Source: Octopus sinensis (lineage: Eukaryota). From it: a stretch of 64,000 nucleotides of DNA. The translations under genes were made by a program, and so were the position numbers. Below, one piece after another: positions 1-10,399 of the stretch; position 1 is the stretch's first letter, and each line of letters starts with the position of its first letter. The notes under the pieces are model-generated. The model saw nothing but the letters and a program-made list of their open reading frames with translations, did not search any database and was not told where the DNA came from. Location of the stretch: assembly GCF_006345805.1 (NCBI RefSeq), contig NC_042998.1, positions 139,748,001-139,812,000 of the forward strand. The letters run 5' to 3'.

Positions 1-494
1 GTAACAAGAGACTAAAGCATGACAAAAGGACAGGAACAGCAGCTATCTTGCAGTAGAGGAGATATATTGTTACTGCAACTGGAAAAAAAAAAAAAAGAAA
101 ATGGTAGTGCAGAGGTGTCAGGGTGCACCCTCAGGTTACAAGGTGAATATAAGTAGCATGGATGGATATAGCAGTCCTTGAATACAAGATCAACAGATTT
201 TTTTACAAGAAACTGGCATATATATAGTTGATCCAAAAATATTGTACAATATTGATTCGTTTTTGATTAGGCACAAAGGCGCTTAATGCTAAAAATTAGG
301 AAATAAGAGATTGCAATATCCATGCTCATTCCAAGGGGATATATATACATATATACTATGGTCCTGAAAGGGTAAAAAAAACAAAGTATTTCCAAAGCAG
401 CACTCAACCTGAGCTTGAGGTTATCTCCACTCTTCAATTGGAGTGCCATAAAACCACAAATATTACTTTTTACATGCAACTTTTGAATGCAATA

Positions 495-1749
495 CGAGGG
501 GCGTTCAATAAGTAATGCCCCTGACCCACTTCCCATAGTAGTAGAGCAACGAAACTTGGCACAGTTATTAGTCTTTTTCTACATAGGAACCACCCAGAGT
601 TACGCATTTCTCCCATCGTTTGATGCGGCTCTGGAGACCGTTTTTGTAGAAGAACCCAGCTTGGTCCTCCAACCTCAACGTGATTTCAGAAATCAAGGCT
701 GCATCATCTGGGAAACGCTTTCCTTTCAAAAACAACTTCATGATTGGGAAGAGGTGAAAATCAGAGGGTGCAAGGTCAGGAAAGTAGGGGGGATGGGGAG
801 GAGTTCATAGCCATACACCTGTGCTTCTGATCTGGCGACAAGCGAGTTGTGGACCGGAGCGTTGTCCTGCAGGAGGAGGATGCCTTTGCTTATCTTGCCC
901 CGCCTCTTGATTTTGATAGCTTCTCTTAATTTCCTCAAAAGTGAAGCATAATAGGCTCCTGCAATTGTGGTACCCTTTGCCAGGAAATCTGTCATCACTA
1001 CTCCGTCCTGGTCCCAGAAGACTGTGAGCATGACCTTGCCTTCTTTGGAGGGGGTGAGTCACGGTGCTTCCACTGCATTGACTGGGCTTTGGTCTCTGGA
1101 TCATCGTGATGGACCCAAGTTTCATCCTGTGTAACCAGTCTTTTGAAAAATTTTGACTCATCTTCTTGGCACATCTCCATTTTCACCCTCGGGCACTCGA
1201 CACGTTCTTGCTTCTGGAAAGGCGTGAGCAACCTGGGAATCCATCAGACACCTTTTGCATATGCAAATGGTCATGAATGATAGTTTCCACAGACCCGGTA
1301 CTAATCTTGACCTCATGGGCTATTTGACGAATAATTATGCGTCGATCTTCCAAAATGGCAGCCTCAACTTGACGGACAGATGCCTCATCAATGGCAGAAA
1401 GGGGCGACCAGATCTGGGAGCTGTTTCCACAGTTCCGACCATGTTTGAATTCACGATGCCAGCGTATTACAAGGTCATATGATGGGGCATCATCACCATA
1501 AGTTACTTTCATTTCATCAAAAGTCTCCCGTGGTGTGCGTCCTTTCAAATACAAAAACCGGATCACTGCTCGACACTCAACAGGCTCCATTTCACACTTG
1601 ACTCGGTTCAAACACCTGTAAATCAGAAACCACAATTAATTCAGAGCTGTAATTTACCACTTACTCTATAGAGATATAAATGATTGCACATGCAGCTAGA
1701 TCAAACAACTGCAAGTGGGTCAGAGGCATTACTTATTGAACGTCCCTCG
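495..1749 (-). mobile_element. Mariner (Tc1/mariner) DNA transposon, full length, transposase disrupted
   Basis: ~37-bp TIRs CGAGGGGCGTTCAATAAGTAATGCCCCTGACCCACTT (495-531) and its near-perfect complement (1713-1749); TA at 493-494 and 1750-1751. Minus-strand ORF pieces give the HTH N-terminus (MEPVECRAVIRFLYLKG), TQDETWVHH, VFWD and LLLQDNAPVH in different frames. Confidence 0.95.
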
Positions 1750-2065
1750 TAGTGTTAAAAACAGAGTAATACTGAAACAATTGTAACTAATTTCTCCATC
1801 TTGCTTGGGACTTACAAAAAAAAATAAAAGAAAAAAAACAACCAGTCATGATGCTGTCCCGTAAACTACCCTCATGCTCACCAAGTTCTTCACCAAAATA
1901 AAATGCCTCAATAGACTACAAAACAAACGTAAACAAAAGACATTACTGAAGAAAACTAAATTCAGGTAATTGAAAAAATAATTTACACACTGGTTCTGAA
2001 TGATTTATTATATATTTGATGTGTGTGTTTTATACAAATTTTCTGAAAATGAAACGATGGAAATG

Positions 2066-3415
2066 TTATTTCAAAACCTGACTAACTGAAAAAGTAAAAA
2101 GTTTTTCATTCTCAGTTTTAATCAGATCAATTTCTTTCCTCAATTTAGCTATAGTCTCAGTTCTTTCGCGCGCACTCTGTTCTTCGTCTTCTGCGACTGA
2201 ATCGCTCGGGATAATGTGGCTGTCGAGTTCACCGGCCAAAATTGTAGCAAAAACATCTGACTGGAATGGATATGACTGACCACACACATTGGTCTCTTGC
2301 AGGAAATTTTGAAAAAGGACAGATGAGATTTTTTCTTTTTTGTTCAACATTTCTGTTTGAAATTTATGGATGGGGAAAGTTTCTTTGGACTTGGTTTCGA
2401 AAACAGAGCGATAGACGGGAGCGATAAAAGCATTAGTGACTGCCGATTTGTGCATCAGTGTTTTCAAACATCGACCATTAGTTGTGTCCCACACCTTCAC
2501 GGTGCAATCATCGGAACCAGACGCCAACAAACTACCGTCCATAGACACTGATAGACAATTGACATGTTTGCTGTGACCAAGAAAATAGAATTTAGTTTTA
2601 TCCGATCCTCCACTCATAGTATCATCCGTTGTATTGGCTGAGCCTTGTGACAGATCTACAACGTAAATTTTACCACTGCTACCACCGGCATAAAGGCGAT
2701 TTTCAGCCATGTTCATAGTAACAGACAAAAGACTTTCGGAAAACATAAAACTACACAAAAGCCGGCCAGTGGCAAGATCCCAAAATTTACATGTTCGATC
2801 GAGGGAAGAGGAGACAATGCGAGCTCGTATTCCACCGGCGCCAACATATAAATCAGTTATAGGAAGTGTGTGGTCGTGCCATATAAACAGTGGCTCCGGT
2901 GTAGAATTTTTATTGTTTTTGTTGTCCATAGCATTAAAAATATCGACCAAGGACCAGGCAATAATCTGATTGTCTTCTCCACCAGTTAAAAAAGTTAAGT
3001 TATCAGCAAACTTAATACACACGATGTTTTGAAAATGTTTTTGAATGACAGACAGAAGTTGACCAGTTAATACGCACCATACGTAAAGTTTTTCTTGGAT
3101 TCCTGCAACACAATATAAACCGTCTGGAGAAACTGCCAATGAAGAAATATTTTTAGGAACTTCCATCTTTATAGCTGGAGACGAGGAGTTGGTGATATTC
3201 CATACGCAAAGCACATTTTCAGAGGCCGACAAAAGATAATTCTTTTTTATCAAACACAATCCGTTAGCTATTGGACCGAGATCGTCTCTGAAACATGCTA
3301 AAGCCGTGCATGTGTTGATATCTAATACACAAATACTTCCTTTCTGCTTGCATTCGGAGCTTTTACTACCCAAATCACTCGATATAATAACTTCCGAACA
3401 GCGGAGAACCGACAT
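2066..3415 (-). CDS. WDR18: WD repeat-containing protein 18 (IPI3/Rix1-complex subunit)-like, single-exon ORF, 449 aa
   Basis: Uninterrupted ORF with WD40 repeats (HFQNIVCIKF..FLTGGEDNQIIAW, HTLPITDLYVGAGGIRARIVSSSLDRTCKFWDL, GHSKHVNCLSVSMDGSLLASGSDDCTVKVWD) and a C-terminal coiled coil (IAKLRKEIDLIKTENEKLF). These match my recollection of the WDR18 family. A minus-strand AATAAA lies at 2004-2009. Confidence 0.9.
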   Translation of the reverse strand: MSVLRCSEVIISSDLGSKSSECKQKGSICVLDINTCTALACFRDDLGPIANGLCLIKKNYLLSASENVLCVWNITNSSSPAIKMEVPKNISSLAVSPDGLYCVAGIQEKLYVWCVLTGQLLSVIQKHFQNIVCIKFADNLTFLTGGEDNQIIAWSLVDIFNAMDNKNNKNSTPEPLFIWHDHTLPITDLYVGAGGIRARIVSSSLDRTCKFWDLATGRLLCSFMFSESLLSVTMNMAENRLYAGGSSGKIYVVDLSQGSANTTDDTMSGGSDKTKFYFLGHSKHVNCLSVSMDGSLLASGSDDCTVKVWDTTNGRCLKTLMHKSAVTNAFIAPVYRSVFETKSKETFPIHKFQTEMLNKKEKISSVLFQNFLQETNVCGQSYPFQSDVFATILAGELDSHIIPSDSVAEDEEQSARERTETIAKLRKEIDLIKTENEKLFTFSVSQVLK

Positions 3416-3419
3416 TTTT

Positions 3420-3505
3420 TATTTCGTTCTACACGTGCTACTGAGTTACCTGCTCCTTGTTTTACTGACTAGTGCCATCTAGCGATTGAATTGCGTCCCT
3501 TGTTT
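3420..3505 (-). promoter_or_regulatory. Putative WDR18 proximal promoter/5' leader with E-box and CTCF-like motif
   Basis: CACGTG at 3432-3437, 17 bp upstream of the ATG; CGCTAGATGGCAC (minus strand, ~3472-3484) resembles the CTCF core; two copies of an RAGTTA..TCCCTT-like motif (3443-3458, 3488-3501). Function is inferred. Confidence 0.45.
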
Positions 3506-4621
3506 TAGAGTTTGCTACTAAAAGTTTAAAGTAGCTCTCTTTCAGTTTTCATCCACCAAATCCTGTCACAAGATTTTGGTGAACCCAGGGCCGTAAGAGA
3601 AAACACCTAACCTAGGTGCCATACAGTGGGACTGAACTTGAAACCATGTAGTAAGGAAGCAATTCATTGTAAATACACAGAGCAACATTTTAAAACTGAC
3701 AGGTTTTGCTCAGCTGCTTTTTTTTTATGTGCTTGGTTTCCAGTTATAGAAACCAAACTAAAAACAAAACATATGAACAAGATAATATTGTCCCTTCCCT
3801 CCTCAGACCAATGTAGATGACTAGCAATGTCTTATCTGACCCATGTCAACATGGAAAATTCCAAAGGGTGCTGGTGCACCCCCTGTTCCCGAGCCCTTGC
3901 CCTTGTGGGTAGTAAAGAAATAGGTATTTCGCCCGTCGCTACGTTCTGAGTTCAAATTCCGCATCAACTTACTATTTTTTTTTTTTATTTTACCAATCTG
4001 GGCTCGATGAAATAAAGTATAGTCAAGTCTGGTCTCAAAAAGTGTTGGCCTTGTGTCCAAACTAGAAACAGTTATCGGATTAATTTGTGGATAAGTTGCA
4101 CCCCTAATTTAGTGTTTCAAATCTTGGTACAAAAATTACCCCTACATATGTATACTTGATATCGGTTTTGTCCCATGTATACGTCACACCTCAGTTTTTT
4201 TCAGTTAAAATCAGTTATAAAATATTTCGCCTTTTTCACGGGTAAATATGCTATAATCATCCATTAGGGCGGTGGATTAGCGGAATCTTTAGGACACATG
4301 TTTTACGGTATCGGTATTTATTCCGATTATGTACGTTCTGAGTTCAAATCCCACCGAGTTAATATTTGCCTTTCATCCCACCAAGATCGATAAAACAAAC
4401 TACTAGTCAAGTACTGCGGTCGATGATATAAGTTCTAACCTACAAAGAATGAAATTTTGGGTGAGGTGAGTTGGAAAGACAATCGAAGCGCTCACATACA
4501 CTAGAATGAAACTTCTTCCAAAAAGTTTAGTGACGTTCTAATAAAGAATTTACAACTTTAAAATAATAATAATTTGGGGGTTTGATATACAAGATATATA
4601 TATACATGTATTCATGTAAAT

Positions 4622-5120
4622 AGAGAGAAAGCAAAGACCGAAAATTTCAGACGATGCACATTTAAGTATAAATAAAAAGATATTTATACATTAACAGAGT
4701 AAACTTACTCAGCGTACAAAGACACAAAATTAAAGTGGGGAATGTATGGTGTTACAGGTCCAACAGCTGTTTCATGGGACTCAGAATTACTTCATAGTGT
4801 TGGCAGGTATAGTTCACAAAAATATGCAACCAGTAATGGTTAGATATTTATCTCTCCACCCTGAAGACGGAGATCGGATCTACCCAATGTTTATATGCTT
4901 CCATTACTGGTTGCATATTTTTGTGAACTACATCTGCCAACATAATGAAATAACTCCGTGTCGCCAGAAACAGCTGTTGGACTTGTAACACCACACATAC
5001 TCCGTTTTAATTTTCTATTTTTGCAATCTGTGTAAGTTTGTTCAGTTAATATATAAATATCTATATATTTATACTTGAATAATCATCGTCTGAGAATAAA
5101 TATTCAGTTTTTGCTTTCTC
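4622..5120. mobile_element. Palindromic (inverted pseudo-LTR type) Penelope-like non-autonomous element
   Basis: Arms ~4622-4840 and ~4901-5120 are inverted copies (e.g. CCATTACTGGTTGCATATTTTTGTGAACTA and GAAACAGCTGTTGGAC on both strands). The centre has CTGAAGA, and the element sits among TA-rich microsatellites. Confidence 0.6.
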
Positions 5121-5169
5121 ACCATTTACATGTATACATATACGTATATTTACGTAAATTTTATTTGCA

Positions 5170-5173
<4 letters not shown>

Positions 5174-5255
<82 letters not shown>
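5174..5255. repeat. Compound (CT)n + (TA)n microsatellite
   Basis: Directly visible dinucleotide runs. Confidence 0.95.
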
Positions 5256-5258
<3 letters not shown>

Positions 5259-5457
5259 GTGAAATAAAAGATGAATAATCTTGTTGCAGATTAATCAAAA
5301 GTTTAACCGATACCCTTGGTAGCAAAAATCACAGCAGAAGAAAGCACGGTTGGAGGTACAACCATATGGTGTTGCAACCGTGCGTTGGTGCGGATAATTG
5401 AATTTTAATATTATTAGTGAATTGAAGAAATGGAGTTGAACGAAGATTGAACAGAAA

Positions 5458-5559
5458 TCCTTTTATTGCATTCTACACGTGTTTCGAAAGCCACAATTTA
5501 CCAAATTCCGATTGAATAAGGAGACCATATTGTGTCTTTCTCTTCAGGAAGAAATAGGA
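5458..5559 (-). ncRNA. Type I hammerhead ribozyme motif (Penelope/retrozyme-type)
   Basis: The minus strand reads TCCTATTTCTTC-CTGAAGA-GAAAGACACAAT...ATTGTGGCTTTC-GAAA-CACGTGTA-GAATGCAATAAAAGGA. Both catalytic boxes are intact, helix II pairs 11/12 bp, helix III is palindromic (ACACGTGT), the cleavage triplet is GUA, and helix I can form with internal loops. Confidence 0.8.
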
Positions 5560-5573
5560 ATATGTATGTATAT

Positions 5574-8500
5574 CAGGGGCGTGCACTCTCAGCAATGCAA
5601 GGTATGCGCTGCATGCCTTCCTTGTTTCAAAGAAAATACGTCCAGTTGTTTTAGAAATATTGTCTCCACTTCGTACATCTGCTTTGATAAATGCTTTTAG
5701 AAGATCGCATGATACACACTCCCTCTCTGTCTGTATTAGTTTGTCCTTCCTTCCTCTCTCTCTCTATCTTAGTGACTCGATAAATTTATCGCTTGTCATG
5801 CGTTGGGAAGACAGCATGAGTCCCTTCTCTCTGTCTTTGATAGTTTGTCCCTTCTCCCTCTTTCTTTGTTTAAAAGATATACTACGAGGAATGGTCACCC
5901 CCTTTTCTCTCAGCGATTCGACAAATTCAGTTTGGCTTGTCATGCTGTGCTTAGATCGCATATCACGCTCTCTGGCTATTTTGACCGGAACAAGAGCCGT
6001 CCCATAATTCTTGTTTTAGCCAGCTGAAATGTTGGAATAGCCTTCGCATGTAAGTTTGAAATTTTTTATCCAAAACATCCGTTTGCACTATCATATTTTT
6101 AGAAAGTTTTGAAAGCAAAAATATCTACATTATATTTCTTATTTCAGAAATAGCTAATTAATCTTAAATTAATTTAACAAAGGGTATTTTTCCGTTTTGT
6201 TGAAATTGACTTAAAATTTACGCCGGCGCTTCCACGTGGGTCCTTAAATAAGAGCAGCCTTTTTTAAAATGAGTGAAATGTGTGCTATAAACGATATTTT
6301 GAGAACTAGTTTTTCTAAAAGGGACTTCGATGGGAAAAAATTAATTATAAATCACGGGAGACCAACACCGAATTTACCTAATTTGCGAAGCTACAACAAG
6401 AAATTCACGAGACAATTTCAGGTTAATTCGTATGAAAAGAAGAAATGGTTAACTGGAAGTGTTGCTCTTAATAAATTATTCTGTTGGCCGTGTTTACTTT
6501 TTGGCTTAGAAAAAATTTTTGGAATGATAAAGGCTATGATGATTTAAATAATTTACATATGGCTATGCTAAAGCACGAGCGTTCTCAAAGGCATATAAAA
6601 TGTTTGATAGACCTTAAAATATTCGGGAATGTTCGCATAGACTTACAATTAGATGCACGTAAAAATCAAAGCATAACAGCATAATGAGAAAGTTCGACGA
6701 AACAGATCCATTCTGCAACGATTGATCGATGTTGTTATTTTTTTAGGCCTCCAGGAATTATCGTTTCGGGGTCATTTTGAATCTGAAGGCTCTAATAATC
6801 GGGGAAATTATAAAGAACTCGTTTATTTGATCAGTAAGTATGACAAACAAATGGAAAGTCATTTAGATACAGCTTCTATCTTCACTGGTCTGTCGAACAG
6901 AATTCAAAATGACTTGATCGAAGCAATTCATAAAGTTATGTTGAATGAGATGCAGAAGGAAATTGACCAAGCTAAGTTTGTTTCTATTCTTGTTGATGAG
7001 ACATCTGATGTCTCAGCATCTTCACAACTGTCAACAGTTTTACGTTATGTTACAGAAGACTGTGTGACGAAAGAACGATTTATCGGTTTTAGTGATGTTA
7101 GTGCAGATCGATCTGCAAATGCTTTATCTGAACATGTTTTTAAATGCATTGAGACGTGGGAATGTGGAAACAAATTGATTGCGCAGACATATGATGGTGC
7201 CGCTACAATGGCAGGACAACTAAATGGGTTACAGGCAAAAGTAAGAAAGAAATATGAATGTGCGATCTTTATTCATTGTTGTGCCCATATCCTAAATTTA
7301 GTTCTTTCACAATCATGCTCTGCTATGAAAGAATGCAAGATATTTTTTTCTACAATAAATGGACTCAGTACATTTTTTACGAAATCACCGAAAAGGACTA
7401 ATGCATTAGATAATATTGTTAAAAAAAGATTTCCGAAAGCAACAGCAACTAGATGGAATTACTCCTCACGTCTTATTATTACCACAAAGGAAAATTATAA
7501 TTTCATAATCAGCCTTTTTGAACACATCATTGAAAATCCTGAAACATGGGATGAGACCACCATAAATTCAGCAATTGGATTCTTACACACTTTAAAAGCT
7601 CCTGATTTCTTATTTTTGTTAGAGGTATTCAGTGACATTTTTTCTTTTACTGACGTCTTATTTAACATACTCCAGAGTAAAAGTCATGACATAGTGTATT
7701 GTAAACAGCAAATAGATAAAACTAGAACTGTACTCGAAAACAAACTTGATAATTTTCAGTCTTTTATGATAGGTTAGGGGAAAAATATGGAGTCGATGCA
7801 GGAATCGGAATTCAGAGATCCAAGAATATATCTATTGATCCCCAACGACATTATAGAACGCTTTATAACAAAATTATAAGTACAATAGTTGACCAAATAA
7901 AAGCACGATATTCATCCTTAGAAGAGTTTAAATTCATGGAACTTTTGAATTTCAACAAAGTTGATGAGTATTGCAAACAATTTCCTGTGGACTCTTTAGA
8001 TTCTTTAAGAACAACTTATGGCAGATTTTTTGATGTAATACGATTACAAAGTGAGCTCAATGTGATGTATTCAATGAAAGATTTTAAAAAACCAAGTGTA
8101 AGTCATTTAATGAGTTACATTAACAGCACTGATCTTGTTGAAGCTATGCCAGAACTCTTCAATCTGTGCAAGTTGATTTTGACAATTCCGTCTACCACTG
8201 CTTCTGTAGAGCGATCCTTTTCTGCATTAAGTAGAATTAAAACATACCAAAGAAATGCGACAGGAGAAAGAAGACTGTCTAGGTTAGCACTAATGTCAAT
8301 TGAAAAAGATTTATTACAAGAATTGATGAAAAGAGAAGATTTCTATGAAAATGTGATAGATATATTTGCCCAGAAAGATCGAAGAATTGAATTAATTTAT
8401 AAATGAGCTAAGTAACATTTTAAAACATTAAAAAAAATATATATTAAAGAGCATATATTACAGGTTTTGCTTAGTGTTTGTTATAACGTAAGGTTCGACC

Positions 8501-9359
8501 TTCTTACATCAGTATTGTTTCGCAGGAGAAATGTTTTGATTTCTTCGTGAAACCTACCTACATAGATTTCCCTTTCTGTGCTGCTGGGTGTAGTCTATTT
8601 ACGGCCGTAAATAAGTGTTTTGTTTCACTTTCAATAAGTGTCTTGTTTCAATCTCAGAGATGTTGACTTCTGCCACAACAGTTTTGGGAGGCTTTTTACA
8701 ATGTTGAATTTTCGCTGTCTTTCATTGTGTGCGTATTCATGTATATGCGTGTATTTTCAATGTTTGTGCGTGAGACGTAGTCCTTTAATGTACGGAGTTC
8801 AGTAAGTCTCAGAACAGTCAATAATTTTCCCGGAATTGACAAGTAGCATGATAAAGAACCTGACTTGTCTTCGAGAGCGTAACGATCTAAAACCATGGCC
8901 ATATAATGTAACTAAATGTGTTCTTTTAATTAAATCATTTCATTCAGCTCAACCGATAGGTATAGGGGCTAATGCAGAATCGCACCCCTTTGAAAAACGA
9001 ATTTATGTGAAAATTTTTTTTCGGATTCCTACCTTTAACAGAGATTCTGAATATGCAAAAATATTGACAGAATCCAATTTCATCTTTATTACATTTCACT
9101 TATGATTTTTAGACTTTTCTAAGGGAGAATGAGGATGGGAAAGTACTGACGTTTCGAAGAGCAAAGAATAATACAAACAATACACTTATTTCAGGATCAT
9201 CTCTGCACAGCCATTTTTTATTCCCTGTTTATTCTGCATATTCAGAATCTCTTATATGTAAATCGTAGGAATACGAAAATGTTTTACTGAAAAATTGCCG
9301 GGGGGGGGGGGGCAATGAAATTAATTGCATGCCCAACGCCGGAAGTCACCGCACGCCAC

Positions 9360-9361
<2 letters not shown>
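5574..9361 (+). mobile_element. hAT DNA transposon, full length (~3.8 kb)
   Basis: TIRs CAGGGGCGTGC (5574-5584) / GCACGCCACTG (9351-9361), 10/11 match; perfect 8-bp TSD ATGTATAT (5566-5573 and 9362-9369); internal transposase. Confidence 0.95.
6269..8406 (+). pseudogene. hAT transposase (ZMYM1-like/DUF4371 + hATC dimerisation domain), three frameshifts
   Basis: ORFs 6269-6547, 6484-6684, 6722-7777 and 7936-8406 join by frameshifts near 6510, 6680 and 7762. Motifs: TTF-type Zn finger (LFCWPCLLF..HERSQRH), VDETSD, TYDGA, HCCAH, TRWN, SVERSFSAL. Confidence 0.92.
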
Positions 9362-9408
<47 letters not shown>

Positions 9409-9429
9409 ATATAATATATATATATATAG

Positions 9430-9718
9430 AAACAAGTTAAAAATAATGGTCATTACATATAATTCTTTTATTCGCGCAAATTTGGCTTACAGCTGTTTGC
9501 AGTAATCATTATAGGTACATTACTGATGAGTTTACTCATAGCCATTTCTGAATATCCAAAACTGGCTATGAAGGAAGTAGTATTAACTTTCTTAGGTCGT
9601 TCAATTTGCCTCAATTGATCAATAGACCAATTGAATAAACCTATCAGTAATGTACCTATAATGACTACTGGAAACAGCTGTAAGCCAAATGTAATGACCA
9701 TTATTTTAAACTTGATTT
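9430..9718. mobile_element. Palindromic Penelope-like non-autonomous element with degenerate hammerhead core
   Basis: Inverted arms ~9430-9533 / ~9637-9718 (AATAATGGTCATTACAT / ATGTAATGACCATTATT; TTTGGCTTACAGCTGTTT / AAACAGCTGTAAGCCAAA), flanked by (TA)n. Confidence 0.6.
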
Positions 9719-9913
9719 TTTTTATATATATATCTGTGTAAAAACCAGTTTATCTGGAGCCTGTACACGGATTTACAATATAGAATTGTGATGAACCATA
9801 ACTTGGGACCCTACCAAAAGATTACTTGAGTTCTTCACTAATCTAAGTAATATTGTTAGTCTGGTGTGCCAACTGAGATTAACCACACACACATACACAC
9901 ACACACACACACA

Positions 9914-10381
9914 CAACGTGACCTCCTGGTCCACAGCACCCTCTCTCCTTCCCCCTCAGCCCCACACGGATCATTCCCTTGCTCTAGATCCCGCTGCAAC
10001 ACTTGCCCCTTCATCACCAACACCACTGCTGTCACTGGCTCCAACCGGCGAACTGTACGTATTAGGCACTCCTTTACGTGCACCTCGTCTGGCCTCATTT
10101 ACTGCATTAAATGCAACCTATGCGGGATGCTGTATGTAGGACAGACGGGACGCCGGTTGTCCGACCGATTCACAGAACATTTGAGGGACGTTCGCCTACG
10201 CTCTTTTTCTCCCGTCGCACGCCACTTCCGCTCGGCCAGCCATTCCCTAGATGACATCTCAGTGTTTGGTCTCGCCCCCCACAATGGTCGTCCACTTTCT
10301 AGGCTCCACTTGGAGCAACGCTACATCTTCACCCTACAAACTACTACCCCACACGGACTTAACACAGCCCCCTCCTCCTAA
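9914..10381 (+). pseudogene. Penelope-type GIY-YIG endonuclease domain (C-terminal part of ORF, RT missing)
   Basis: Open frame with the conserved GIY-YIG and CCHH residues; the 5' end is fused to a (CA)n run. Confidence 0.85.
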
Positions 10382-10399
10382 GGGGTTTTTTTCCGGATA

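Noticed and set aside
1816-1838. A-rich run as the retrocopy poly(A) tail of WDR18
   Set aside because: It is on the wrong strand; a tail for a minus-strand gene would appear as poly(T) on +.
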